DNA of 63,418 nt, counting the filler, from Octopus bimaculoides (taxonomy: Eukaryota), in NCBI RefSeq assembly GCF_001194135.2. It is 4 parts of 4 records of this genome, joined end to end, with 100 filler letters (N's around TTAATTAATTAA, not from the genome) between each part and the next. Parts side by side here need not be neighbours in the genome. Positions count along the whole stretch, not along the records: positions 22,315 to 35,919 come from NC_068995.1; positions 36,020 to 61,550 come from NC_068992.1; 2 more parts are not named here. One strand, 5' to 3'. Of this stretch, positions 25,708 through 37,844 are shown piece by piece. Under the pieces are notes generated by a model. That model was not told the DNA's origin. It did not search any database and saw only the letters and a list, made by a program, of their open reading frames with translations. A program made the translations under genes and the position numbers. How positions within the stretch are numbered: the first letter of the stretch is position 1; each line of letters begins with the position of its first letter.

Positions 25708-26958
25708 CATACATGCATACATACACATGTATGTATTTGAGTACAGAGAGAGAGGTGTGAAGGAGAGAGTATTTCACATTTCTTCAACTTTATTCTCCTC
25801 TCTCATTCTTTATCTCTGTTCTTCTTTATTTTTATCTTTTTCTCCCTCCTCTCTCTCTCTCTCTCTTTCTCTTTTTTTTCTTCCCATTTTCCTTTACCTT
25901 CTTCTTCTTCTTCTTCTTCTTCTTCTTCTTCTTCTTCTTCTTCTTCTTCTTCTTCTCCTCCTCCTCCTCCTCCTCCTCCTCCTCCTTCTTCATATAAACA
26001 AAGATGATCGCGATAGATATATAATTTCATGATGTTCCAATTCCACCAGAACCAATTCCATCGGCAAGTCTCAAACCAATAATCTCCTGGGTTTTTTTTC
26101 TCTCCTTCACAAACTTAACTTTTTTCCTCTCCATGAAATTATTATATAGACCAGAATAATCTTCGCCAAGTGTCTCATTTAATTGCCACCATTGTGTAAA
26201 ATCTCATAGCATTAATAGACTTTCTTCCCTATCTTCATCCAGATAGAACTGGTATTATCTGCGGTAATGGCTGATACTTGAAACAAAACAATTTCTTGGG
26301 TCGTATCTTTGATGAAATATAAACGACATGAGATCTGGGAAGAATCGTATTAACAACACGAAGACTTTCATAGAATCAATTCTAACCTTTCTTTACGTTT
26401 CCATTTTCGGTGACGTAATTGGCTGGCTGATTTACGTGGAGCTTTAACTCTTCATATAAAATGATATCCGTTTGACCCGGAAGTCACACTTCGCTTGCTT
26501 ATTCATTCCAAAATATTTCCTCCTTGAAATAAGATAAAAGAACTCCATACGATCTGATGAGTGAAGTGGATTACCAGTGGGTACCGGTGGGTACATCGAT
26601 ATTGTTGATTTGATTGCATGGAAGAAAGAAAGAGGGGGAGGAGAGCGGAGAAAGAGAGAGAGAGGTGGGGAAGTGAGAGTGAGCTATGCACCAGGAAAAT
26701 AGAAGAGAATTATTATGAATGACAGTAATTTATGTAGAGATCGGATGAAAGAGAGTAAAGACAGAAGAATAGAATCAAGAACATCAAAAGAACAAAAGCA
26801 ATGTAATGTTAAGTGAATAATAAAAGTGGTAGAAGGTTCTGGGTAAAACGTTAAAGATCTTTGGTTGAATAATTAATAAAGAAAACAGGACTACAAGATA
26901 TGCGTGTGCTTTGACAACGGAAGAATGAAGACATACCGGCTGTATACTCATAGCCAAA

Positions 26959-27197
26959 TATAGTGACCTTTGACTGGGTATAGTGACTTCTGAGTGGGTA
27001 TAGAGACCCTTGATATGGTAGAGTGACTTTTGACTGAGTATAGTGATCTTTGACCGAGTTTACATGACTCGGCTGGGTGTAGTTACTTTTGACTAGGTAC
27101 ACTGTCATATGACTGGGTATAGCTACTCTTGCTCCAATATAGTTACTCTTGGTTGGATATGCTGTTTTGTGATCGAATATACTGACTCTTGAGCAGG
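26959..27197. repeat. Degenerate 20-bp minisatellite (TATAGTGACCTTTGACTGGG), ~12 units
   Basis: Units start at 26959, 26979, 26999, 27019, 27039 and continue to about 27178. Confidence 0.88.
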
Positions 27198-27719
27198 CAG
27201 AGTAACTGGAAATTTAAATCCATCGACTGACCAACGACAAGCAATCAATGGCGAGCAAATCACAAAGCTACTAAAATTTAAACCGTGGGTTTTGTACAAA
27301 ATATATTCCAATATCGCCAATAAAATAGTCTTCCATTCTGAGATTTTAAAAATCCAAATTAAAATAGAATAAAGTCTAAAATTTGTGTAACCTGGTGATT
27401 ATCGGAATCGAAAAAATGTAAAGTTTATTTGCTGTGAGGAGTGTCCAAATATAACGATTCATGGTTATGACCCTTCATCTAAGAGGAGATTACTGGGGGG
27501 AAAAACTGATGTTGATGGATAGATCAGGTAGAAAGAGTGATGGCCAAGCAAAAGGAGTTGTGTGAGAAGGTTAGAAACCAAGAGGGTTAGGTGAACAAAG
27601 AAGAAATGCCAGAAAGTTGAATAGGAGAGTATTTATAAGCCTTTGAACAATTTTGAAAAAAGTTAGGTGGAAAGTTAAAAGGATAGGGGAATAAAAAGGA
27701 ACAGGTACAGTGCATCAAA

Positions 27720-27958
27720 CAGCCCAACACAGAGATACTTTGTTCTAGTCCACTCAACTGGCAAAAATGAGTTGTACGTGTAATTCAAAGAGACAGCCTC
27801 GACACATTCGGTGTGTCACGCTGAATTTCCCTGGAAATTGCGCTAAGGGTCCGAGTGTCTGTTGAGTACTCGACTACTTGCACGTTAATTTCACGCGCAG
27901 GCTGTTCCGTTGATCAGATCAACTGGAACACTTATCGCTGTAGCCAATGGAACGCCAG
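27720..27958 (+). mobile_element. SINE chimera: family C body plus family B tail
   Basis: CTAGTCCACTCAACTGGCAAAAATGAG joined to TTCACGCGCAGGCTGTTCCGTTGATCAGATCAACTGGAAC. Confidence 0.75.
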
Positions 27959-28674
27959 GCCAATCTTGAACAAATCTTATATAGTAATCGCCTAACATCG
28001 TTAAGTTGGTAATAATCAAGTACTTGCCCGTGACTATAGATTTCCAAGATTTACAAGACCCGGATTATGGGCTTAATTAAAATACTTTTGATTTCTTCCG
28101 TCAAGATCTTTTTTTCACTTAACGCTGGCAGAATGTTCAGATTACTGCGCACAATAAGAGGATTATTGTTAAGAATTTCTGGTTGTACTCGTTGAACTAT
28201 AATCCAAACAAACTAGTAATCTGTGTGTCAAAGCAATTAAACTAATCTTGCTCTACGAAGAATTACGAATAACTTCTTACTTAATTCTAATTGCTTACGT
28301 TATAAGTATTTGCCAGAACATTTATTCAACATCATTAAAGTTCACTCCATATCTTTACATGTTTCCCGCGTCTCCTAAAATATATAACAATCGTTCTTCT
28401 CTCATCATCCTTTTTTTTTTTTTGTTATCTTCATAGTCGTCTATTCGTGTATTCGTTTATTGGTATATTCGTTTAGTTTCTTATGATTGTTTTTATTATT
28501 TGATTTTATTCTAGACATCCATTTAACGTTTTCTTTACTCTCTCCCCTCTAAGATTGCAGTATGATAACAATAACTTCAAGCTTCTTTTTTTAAATTATC
28601 TAATTTCTAAACAAACCCAACCGAATTTGTTACGTATTCACGTTTTGTTATATCTTATCAATGTTTCATCATCA

Positions 28675-28895
28675 TTAAGGCAGCGAGCTCACAGAATCGT
28701 TAACACAAAATATTTAGCAGCGTTTTATTCCGATTTTACGTTCTAAGTTCAAATTCTGTCGAGACTCTAACTTTACCTTCCATCCTTTGGGAGTCAATAA
28801 AATACCAGCTGAACACTGGAGACGATGTAATCGACTAGAGCTGCCCCCCCCACCCCACCAAGATATCAGGCCCTGTGCCTATAGCAGAAAAGATT
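28675..28895 (+). mobile_element. SINE family M, old-tail copy
   Basis: GGCAGCGAGCTCACAGAATCG head; CAGGCCCTGTGCCTATAGCAGAAAAGATTAT tail. Confidence 0.85.
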
Positions 28896-29114
28896 ATCGT
28901 TTTCATTGTTTTCGATTATAACTTAGTCAGTCAACATAAATTCTTAGAAACGTGATATATATCTGATATACAACTGTGTATTAGGCAATAAAATGTGTAA
29001 ATTTTTGGCGGGGTTGGGTTCAACAGTAATAGAAGGGTCTTACATTGCATTATTGATGACTCATTTTAATGATCCTTTCTATAAATGGCTTTGCTCGTAT
29101 ACGAGAAAGCAGCC

Positions 29115-29713
29115 CCTATATGTATATATATACTATATATGTATGTATGAATGGATGGATGTATATATGTGTGTATGTATGTGTACATACGTATGTATGT
29201 ATGCATGTATGTATATATGTATGTGGGTATGTATGTGTGTGGGTGTATGTATGTATGTTTATATATGTATGTATGGATGGATGGATGTATATATGTGTGT
29301 ATGTATATATGTACATACGTATGTATGTATGCATGTATGTACATATGTATGTGAGTATGGATGTATGTATGTGTTTGTATATATGTACTATGTATGTACG
29401 TATTTATGTATGTACGTACGTATGTATGTGTTTGTATGTATGTAGTACGTATGTATGCATGTATGTATATATGTAAGCATGTGTGTGTGTGTATATGTAT
29501 GTATATGTGTGTATATATATGTGTGTGTGTGTATGAGCGTGTATATATATATAGATATAGATAGACAGATATAAATATATACGTATATATATATGTAAAT
29601 ATGTGTGTATATGTTTATGCATATACATATATATAACTCTCTGTCTAAAATACATATGTATATGTATGCATGTATGTATATATGTATGTATCTCTCTCTC
29701 TCTCTCTCTCTCA

Positions 29714-29746
<33 letters not shown>

Positions 29747-29826
29747 TACACACACACACACTTATTTATACATGCCTATATAACTATACATGTACGGATG
29801 TGTGTGTATATACACACGCACGCACG

Positions 29827-29861
<35 letters not shown>

Positions 29862-29875
29862 GCATATGTAATTTC
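29115..29875. repeat. Long (TATG)/(TA)/(CT)/(CA) microsatellite block
   Basis: Visible directly. Confidence 0.95.
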
Positions 29876-30429
29876 TATGACTGCATGCATTTTTGTATAA
29901 GTGACTTATTCAAATACAAAAATATATTTGCATATGTTTGTAAATTATTGTATTTCCGTTGCCGTCATATATTTGTATGTCTGGGTGTTTCCTGTCTATT
30001 TACTTACTTATGTTTGGTTTTCTTTGATTAACGACGTGTTTACATTACAGCTTCTATACATAGATGTATTATGCATTCGTCTGGTTATATCTGTATTCCT
30101 CTTCAACGTAAATTTGTTAGTTATATAAACCGGCTTTGTTTGTTATATAAACCGGCTTAGTCTACTCCTTGTCTACGTCTTATACGAATTTCTTTTACTT
30201 GAATAATTTTTCTTAGAAGTCCGTAGTTAATCTCTCTCCCTTTGATACAATGCCTCGCCACTTCCTGCTGTTTCGCCATATTTGATAATGCCTTAGTTCA
30301 CTGTATGTGGTACTTGTTATCTTTTAAGAATGTTACCTGGTTTTTAAGGAATTCATTTCCCAGAAACGTAAAATTTCATCCAAATATTTCCCTGCTGAAA
30401 CAGTAATTGGGGGGTATTTAAGAATTTTT

Positions 30430-30496
<67 letters not shown>

Positions 30497-30499
<3 letters not shown>

Positions 30500-30700
30500 G
30501 TCGCCATGATAGATCGCTAATCACTACACACATTTTTTTCTCTCCTTGTTTCTCCCCTCGTTTCTTTCTGTGTTCTTTTCTGTGGAAGAGCGTAAGCTCG
30601 AAACGTTGAAGACTTCTTTCAATTCCCGAGCGTTATACTAATACATCTGTTTGTTTTCTACACCACCTGTCTTCGTCTTTTGTTTTTCTGTGAATTCTCC
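30497..30700 (+). mobile_element. ~200-bp repeat carrying a hammerhead-like motif (Penelope terminal-repeat-like), embedded in (TATC)n
   Basis: Colinear with the reverse complement of 34581-34736; contains GAGC-GTAA-GCTC-GAAACGTT. Confidence 0.7.
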
Positions 30701-30747
<47 letters not shown>

Positions 30748-30935
30748 NNNNNNNNNNNNNNNNNNNNNNNNNNNNNNNNNNNNNNNNNNNNNNNNNNNNN
30801 NNNNNNNNNNNNNNNNNNNNNNNNNNNNNNNNNNNNNNNNNNNNNNNNNNNNNNNNNNNNNNNNNNNNNNNNNNNNNNNNNNNNNNNTCTATCTGTCTGT
30901 CTATCTGTCTATCTATCTATCTATCTGTCTGTCTA

Positions 30936-30970
<35 letters not shown>

Positions 30971-30984
30971 GCCTATCTGCCTGC

Positions 30985-31062
<78 letters not shown>

Positions 31063-32089
31063 GAGTGTCTATCTACTTATCTGTCTATCTACATTTCTAT
31101 CTACCAACCTATCTATCTATTAATCCATTCACAGTTCTTTAAGAAACTGAATAGTAAAGCGATGCTGCAATGTTGTGAAAAATCTTCAGTGATGTTAAAC
31201 CCGTAATAGATACGTTATGATTCATGTCCCGTCAAACTGACTTGTTGCTGTTTTCTCCCTCGAATTAATGATTTACTCTATAATAAATATTCTCCTTACA
31301 TTAAAAGTTAACGTTGAGATAATTGTCTCTATTTGCAACCGCTGCCTTACTGTCCAAAAATCAGAACCAGCTTTCACTTCCAAGGGCTAAACAATAAGTA
31401 CGAATAAGATAATGATCTTAATTTAATCGATTACAGTCACTCCTTCCTCCCTGCAATAGCTAGTTTCCTACATAGCCGAATGAGATGATCAATAGTCATA
31501 ATAATGGATGATGACAGCTTTGCAAGATGAAAGGGAATAATCTTTAATCTTCAAGCTGATATTTAAGAACAAGACAAAACAAAAATTTCGGAAGGAAACA
31601 CTAGATCATGTTGTTACAGACAAGTATCAGTGAAATATTTCTTCAATATGGTTATTGTAATTAAATTTCAGTCATGAAAACACCAAACAATCAGAAAGTC
31701 TCCGCCATCATTAAAATATCCGCCATGTTTCGATTTTCGGTTTTCTTCTATGTTCTGTCGTCTGAAACTATTTCAAAAGTCTTTATGTGTTATATATTGT
31801 TTTGGTACTTTTGTTTTTAATACTTAATAATGTGTTTTGCACACAAATATTTAATTTTCATCTTTACATACGTATTTGCACACATGCGCGCGCATATATA
31901 CAAATGTGTGTGTATGTATGGATTCCTGATTAATTGAAATTATCTTTGATATATCAGTGTTTGTGTGTATGTATATATGTATATAGGTATGAATATATAT
32001 TTGTGTGTATATACATATACATGCATACTACACACACAAACACACAAACACACTCACACACACACGTATATATATATGTATGTATGTAG

Positions 32090-32157
<68 letters not shown>

Positions 32158-33309
32158 AATATATATATTCATATACACACACACATATGTATATATTAAA
32201 GATAATTTTAGTACATTATGAATTTATCTTGTAAAGTATACCGTTATCTGCCATTATTGTTCAAATGTATGACATGGGCTCTAAGTAATTTCTCTCGACT
32301 CATTTTTATTTTACTTCCTCAAATTACTCTAGGTAATAACAGTTCCCAACTCTTTTTGGATATATATATCTAATTTGTTTGTCTGCTGCAGTCAAGATAG
32401 AAACAGCTGTTGTGCTGATGATGCTTACTGAGGCAGAAATAAGCGTTCATAGCTCCCCTCCTATCTTTAGACAAACAGGCTATTTTGGTTTTGTTTCTTG
32501 TTTTTGTTTTGTTTTTTTTTATTTATGACATGTCAATTCCTTTTTCGTGAGATTGTCTTTCCTTATTCGGAGTTAGTCGCAATTTTCATCAGATTATTTT
32601 TTTAGCTTCTCTGGAAGCGAAAATAATTTCGGTAAATTAAGGGTTACACTTCTATGGTATTTGATATATCTTTATTCGTCTTTTTTTTCTCTAAATATCG
32701 GTCCCTGGCGTCGCTGAGTTATTTCTATTATGTATACACACATATACATAAATACATACAAATACATAGACACACACAAACATATAGATAGATACATACG
32801 AATGCATACATACTATACACATACATACACACATGCATACGTACATGCATACATACATATACATACACACACATACACACACACACACACACATATATAT
32901 ATACACACTCCCATATATATGCACACATACATATACATACATACATACATACATACATACATACATACATACATACATACATACATACACAGACCATTAA
33001 ACCATATTTCACGTCTATTTAATCTGGCCACCATGTTTGATGGGTTTTATTGACACAGGACTGTTTTGATGTCATGGCGTATTGATCGTTTATTGTATCG
33101 ATATTATTGTATATTGATCTTAATACTTCATAGATGCCGTATTATATTCGGTTTATATTCTATTGATATTAAACTTTATTGGTTCTATACTGCATTGATG
33201 TAGTTATTACACTGGTATTGTACTGCGAAGATACGATACGCCATCACTGATATATTATTGATATATTATATATTATACTGCATCAGAAATACAATATTTT
33301 ACTGATTGC

Positions 33310-33440
33310 TCCCGTAGTTCTTTCCTAATCACATGGTTCTGAGTTCAGTCCCACTGCGTGACACCTTGGGCAAGCGTCTTCTACTATAACCTTGGGCCGG
33401 CCAAAGCCTTGTGAGTGGATTTGGTAGACGGAAACTGAAA
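33310..33440 (+). mobile_element. SINE family A, 5' half
   Basis: CACATGGTTCTGAGTTCAGTCCCACTGCGTGACACCTTGGGCAAG...GGAAACTGAAA. Confidence 0.88.
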
Positions 33441-34580
33441 CGGTTGGTAGAATAAAGTACTAGTCGTGTAGTGAGTTAATAATGTAATCGTCTGAACAAA
33501 ATTTTAGACCTTGTGCTTAAATGAAAAGCAATAATTTCCTATTTTTATTGTTGTTGTTGCTATGATGGTGGCAGCGGTGGTGGTGGTGGTGGTGGTGGTG
33601 GTGGTGTTGNNNNNNNNNNNNNNNNNNNNNNNNNNNNNNNNNNNNNNNNNNNNNNNNNNNNNNNNNNNNNNNNNNNNNNNNNNNNNNNNNNNNNNNNNNN
33701 NNNNNNNNNNNNNNNNNNNNNNNNNNNNNNNNNNNNNNNNNNNNNNNNNNNNNNNNNNNNNNNNNNNNNNNNNNNNNNNNNNNNNNNNNNNNNNNNNNNN
33801 NNNNNNNNNNNNNNNNNNNNNNNNNNNNNNNNNNNNNNNNNNNNNNNNNNNNNNNNNNNNNNNNNNNNNNNNNNNNNNNNNNNNNNNNNNNNNNNNNNNN
33901 NNNNNNNNNNNNNNNNNNNNNNNNNNNNNNNNNNNNNNNNNNNNNNNNNNNNNNNNNNNNNNNNNNNNNNNNNNNNNNNNNNNNNNNNNNNNNNNNNNNN
34001 NNNNNNNNNNNNNNNNNNNNNNNNNNNNNNNNNNNNNNNNNNNNNNNNNNNNNNNNNNNNNNNNNNNNNNNNNNNNNNNNNNNNNNNNNNNNNNNNNNNN
34101 NNNNNNNNNNNNNNNNNNNNNNNNNNNNNNNNNNNNNNNNNNNNNNNNNNNNNNNNNNNNNNNNNNNNNNNNNNNNNNNNNNNNNNNNNNNNNNNNNNNN
34201 NNNNNNNNNNNNNNNNNNNNNNNNNNNNNNNNNNNNNNNNNNNNNNNNNNNNNNNNNNNNNNNNNNNNNNNNNNNNNNNNNNNNNNNNNNNNNNNNNNNN
34301 NNNNNNNNNNNNNNNNNNNNNNNNNNNNNNNNNNNNNNNNNNNNNNNNNNNNNNNNNNNNNNNNNNNNNNNNNNNNNNNNNNNNNNNNNNNNNNNNNNNN
34401 NNNNNNNNNNNNNNNNNNNNNNNNNNNNNNNNNNNNNNNNNNNNNNNNNNNNNNNNNNNNNNNNNNNNNNNNNNNNNNNNNNNNNNNNNNNNNNNNNNNN
34501 NNNNNNNNNNNNNNNNNNNNNNNNNNNNNNNNNNNNNNNNNNNNNNNNNNNNNNNNNNNNNNNTATATATATATATATAT

Positions 34581-34736
34581 GGGAGAATGTACGAAAAAAA
34601 AACAACAGACGAGGACAGGTGGTGTAAACAACAAAAGGATGTATTAGTTTAACGCTCGGGAATACAGAAAGTCTTTAACGTTTCGAGCCTACGCTCTTCA
34701 ACAGAAAGGAACACAGAAAGAAACAAGGAGAAAAAA
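34581..34736 (-). mobile_element. Second copy of the hammerhead-like repeat
   Basis: Reverse complement reads CTTTCTGTTGAAGAGCGTAGGCTCGAAACGTTAAAG...TTCTCCC followed by (AT)n. Confidence 0.7.
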
Positions 34737-34800
34737 CACGCAGTGGGACTGAACCTGGAACCATGTGGGTGGGATGCAAGCTTCCTACCACACAACCACA
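34737..34800 (-). mobile_element. SINE family A tRNA-like head only
   Basis: Reverse complement TGTGGTTGTGTGGTAGGAAG...GGTTCCAGGTTCAGTCCCACTGCGTG. Confidence 0.8.
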
Positions 34801-34945
34801 ACCAGTTTATTGCGTATAACTCTAACAACAAAATCTTATATGAACTCTCAAAGATCATATGGAACCCTCTAAATTTAGTTCCATAATTAAATGAGATACA
34901 GGCACCTGTACATTAGTGTGAATGATACTAGCTTATTGATACAGT

Positions 34946-35332
34946 GTGGAGGCGCAATGGCCCGGTGGTTAGGACAGCGGACTCGCGGTCATAGGATCGT
35001 GGTTTCGATTCCCAGACCGGGCGTTGTGAGTGTTTATTGAGCGAAAACACCTAAAGCTCCACGAGGCTCTGGCAGAGGATGGTAGCGAACCCTTCTGTAT
35101 TGTTTCACCACGACTTTCTCTCACTCTTACTTCCTGTTTCTGTTGTGCCTGTAATTCAAAGTGTCAGCCTTGTCACACTGTGTCACGCTGAATATCCCCG
35201 AGAACTACGTTAAGGGTACACGTGTCTGTGGAGTGCTCAGCCACTTGTACGTTAATTTCACGAGCAGGCTGTTCCGTTGATCGGATCAACTGGAACCCTC
35301 GACGGCGTAAGCGACGGAGTGCCAACAACAAC
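34946..35332 (+). mobile_element. Full-length SINE family B (tRNA-derived) with 11-bp TSD and (CAA)n tail
   Basis: A box TGGCCCGGTGG, B box GGTTTCGATTCC; ATTGATACAGT at 34935-34945 and 35333-35343. Confidence 0.95.
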
Positions 35333-36132
35333 ATTGATACAGTACTGTGTGAAGTATTAGTCTGTGCAAGTTGTCAGTAAACTAGTCTGGCAGCTGCAGG
35401 AATTCGAAGCTTCTGCTCGAAAGTTAGTGCGAGTTATAAGAGGTTCCAATACATTCGTGTCCAGAAAGCTGGTTTTGTACTTGAATATCAAAAGCAGACT
35501 GAATGAGGGTGTCTACGGCATGAAATGCTGCCAAAAGTAACAGGACGCAAATATTTAAGGGGTAGGGTAGTATACTAGCTCCATTACCTTTGTGGTGGTG
35601 GAGAAAAGAATCTAGCTTGCTATGATCTTAAAGGAGTCTAACCTGGTAGTGAAGCTGATCGCAGGGTGTTCATTGTGATGAATGTACGCCAGAAGAATGT
35701 CTCATATTTGTGGAATGTGACAAAGTATTGTAAAACTGAAACGGGGCTCGGTCGCATTTTTTTTTTATTTTATACAATTCATTTCCACGGTGACTGGCAC
35801 GAGATACACACAGCCGAAACAAAACATTTACGTGTGTCATGCTTGACAAAATAATAATAATAATAATAACAACAACAGCAATAAAGAAAAAAAAAAAATA
35901 ATAATAATAATAATAATAANNNNNNNNNNNNNNNNNNNNNNNNNNNNNNNNNNNNNNNNNNNNTTAATTAATTAANNNNNNNNNNNNNNNNNNNNNNNNN
36001 NNNNNNNNNNNNNNNNNNNAAAAAAAAAAAAAAAAAATCTACATTTATTTTTAGATACAGATAATTTTATCTTGTAATGTTGTAATAGAATTTACTTCAA
36101 ACAACCTTGAATATACATATACATACATATAT

Positions 36133-36174
<42 letters not shown>

Positions 36175-37231
36175 ACATATGCATAGACACATACACACAC
36201 ATACATACATACATACATACATACGTACATATTGCATATATGTATACACACATATCTATATGCAAACATACAGGCTTCCCAAAATTATCTTTACAACTTT
36301 CGCAATGCATTGTATTAAATTGTAAATGGAATTTATGGACACCCTACTATATATATATATATATACACAGACACACACACAGACACACACATATATATAT
36401 ATATACACACATATATATATATATATATATATGTATGTATATAATACATATACATGTACACATACATGTACAACACCAATAGGTTTGTGTCCTCTCTGTG
36501 TGACATGTAATATATAAATACACAATGGCATTAATTATAAGAGTAATTATAACATACTAAAATGACAATATACATAAACTAAATCTAACTAAATGTTGAG
36601 AAAACAGGGGGGGGGGAACAGCGTCACAATTTCGTCAATAAAACTGGGTTTGTTAGTTATTTTACAAGAGAAAACAGAGGAAGTTCAGAAAGGAGAAGAG
36701 AGAACAGTAGGGAGTGAGGGGGGGCAAGAAAAAAAACAAAAATAAAATGGCAAAATGAATGAAATAAAATGGTATTTATTGTGTGTTATTGTGAAACTTG
36801 TTCNNNNNNNNNNNNNNNNNNNNNNNNNNNNNNNNNNNNNNNNNNNNNNNNNNNNNNNNNNNNNNNNNNNNNNNNNNNNNNNNNNNNNNNNNNNNNNNNN
36901 NNNNNNNNNNNNNNNNNNNNNNNNNNNNNNNNNNNNNNNNNNNNNNNNNNNNNNNNNNNNNNNNNNNNNNNNNNNNNNNNNNNNNNNNNNNNNNNNNNNN
37001 NNNNNNNNNNNNNNNNNNNNNNNNNNNNNNNNNNNNNNNNNNNNNNNNNNNNNNNNNNNNNNNNNNNNNNNNNNNNNNNNNNNNNNNNNNNNNNNNNNNN
37101 NNNNNNNNNNNNNNNNNNNNNNNNNNNNNNNNNNNNNNNNNNNNNNNNNNNNNNNNNNNNNNNNNNNNNNNNNNNNNNNNNNNNNNNNNTATATATATAT
37201 ATATATATAACACAACCCCACTATTTACTGA

Positions 37232-37266
<35 letters not shown>

Positions 37267-37379
37267 TAGAAAGAATAATATACACACAGTAAGAGATAAA
37301 GAAATGAATTTCCCATTATATATTTATGTATGTAGCAGTATGTGTATGTGTGTATGTATTGCATACAATATTTTATGTG

Positions 37380-37425
<46 letters not shown>

Positions 37426-37813
37426 CAGACACACATAAGCATACATACATATACTCACACAGACACATACATATACACAAACACATACATACACAAACAC
37501 ACACAAAGGCATATATATATATATATGCCTTTGTGTGTGTGTGTATGTGCACGTGCGCACACTCTCACATACACATGTGGTCACACTGCAGAGCTTACAC
37601 TAACAACACGCCATTAAAACAGTCACTTTATTCCGAAAACAGGACTGTGAAGGTTTTGAAAACATTAATAGATTAATGGATTTAGGAATATTATTGTTTC
37701 AAACGAAACAGAAAAAGACTAATAAGGCAATGTGAAAAATCCTTAATAAAAAAAAAAAAGTTCAAACGTCAATATAGTCATGTTTTAGTAGGTTTCAAAC
37801 AGAAGATATTCCC

Positions 37814-37844
<31 letters not shown>

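Noticed and set aside
26554-26590. CTGATGAG (also CTGATGA at 1638 and 7104) as hammerhead cores
   Set aside because: No stem II followed by GAAA.
28993-30031. Cys/Val/Tyr/His-rich ORFs here and throughout the window
   Set aside because: They are translations of (TG)/(TA)/(TATG) microsatellites.
33504-34647. Very long ORFs in the track (also 37778-38755, 45782-46668, 51447-52674, 59557-60477)
   Set aside because: They are open only because they run through N gaps.
34946-35025. tRNA-like sequence with A and B boxes
   Set aside because: It continues into a SINE body with tail and TSD, so it is a SINE head rather than a tRNA gene.
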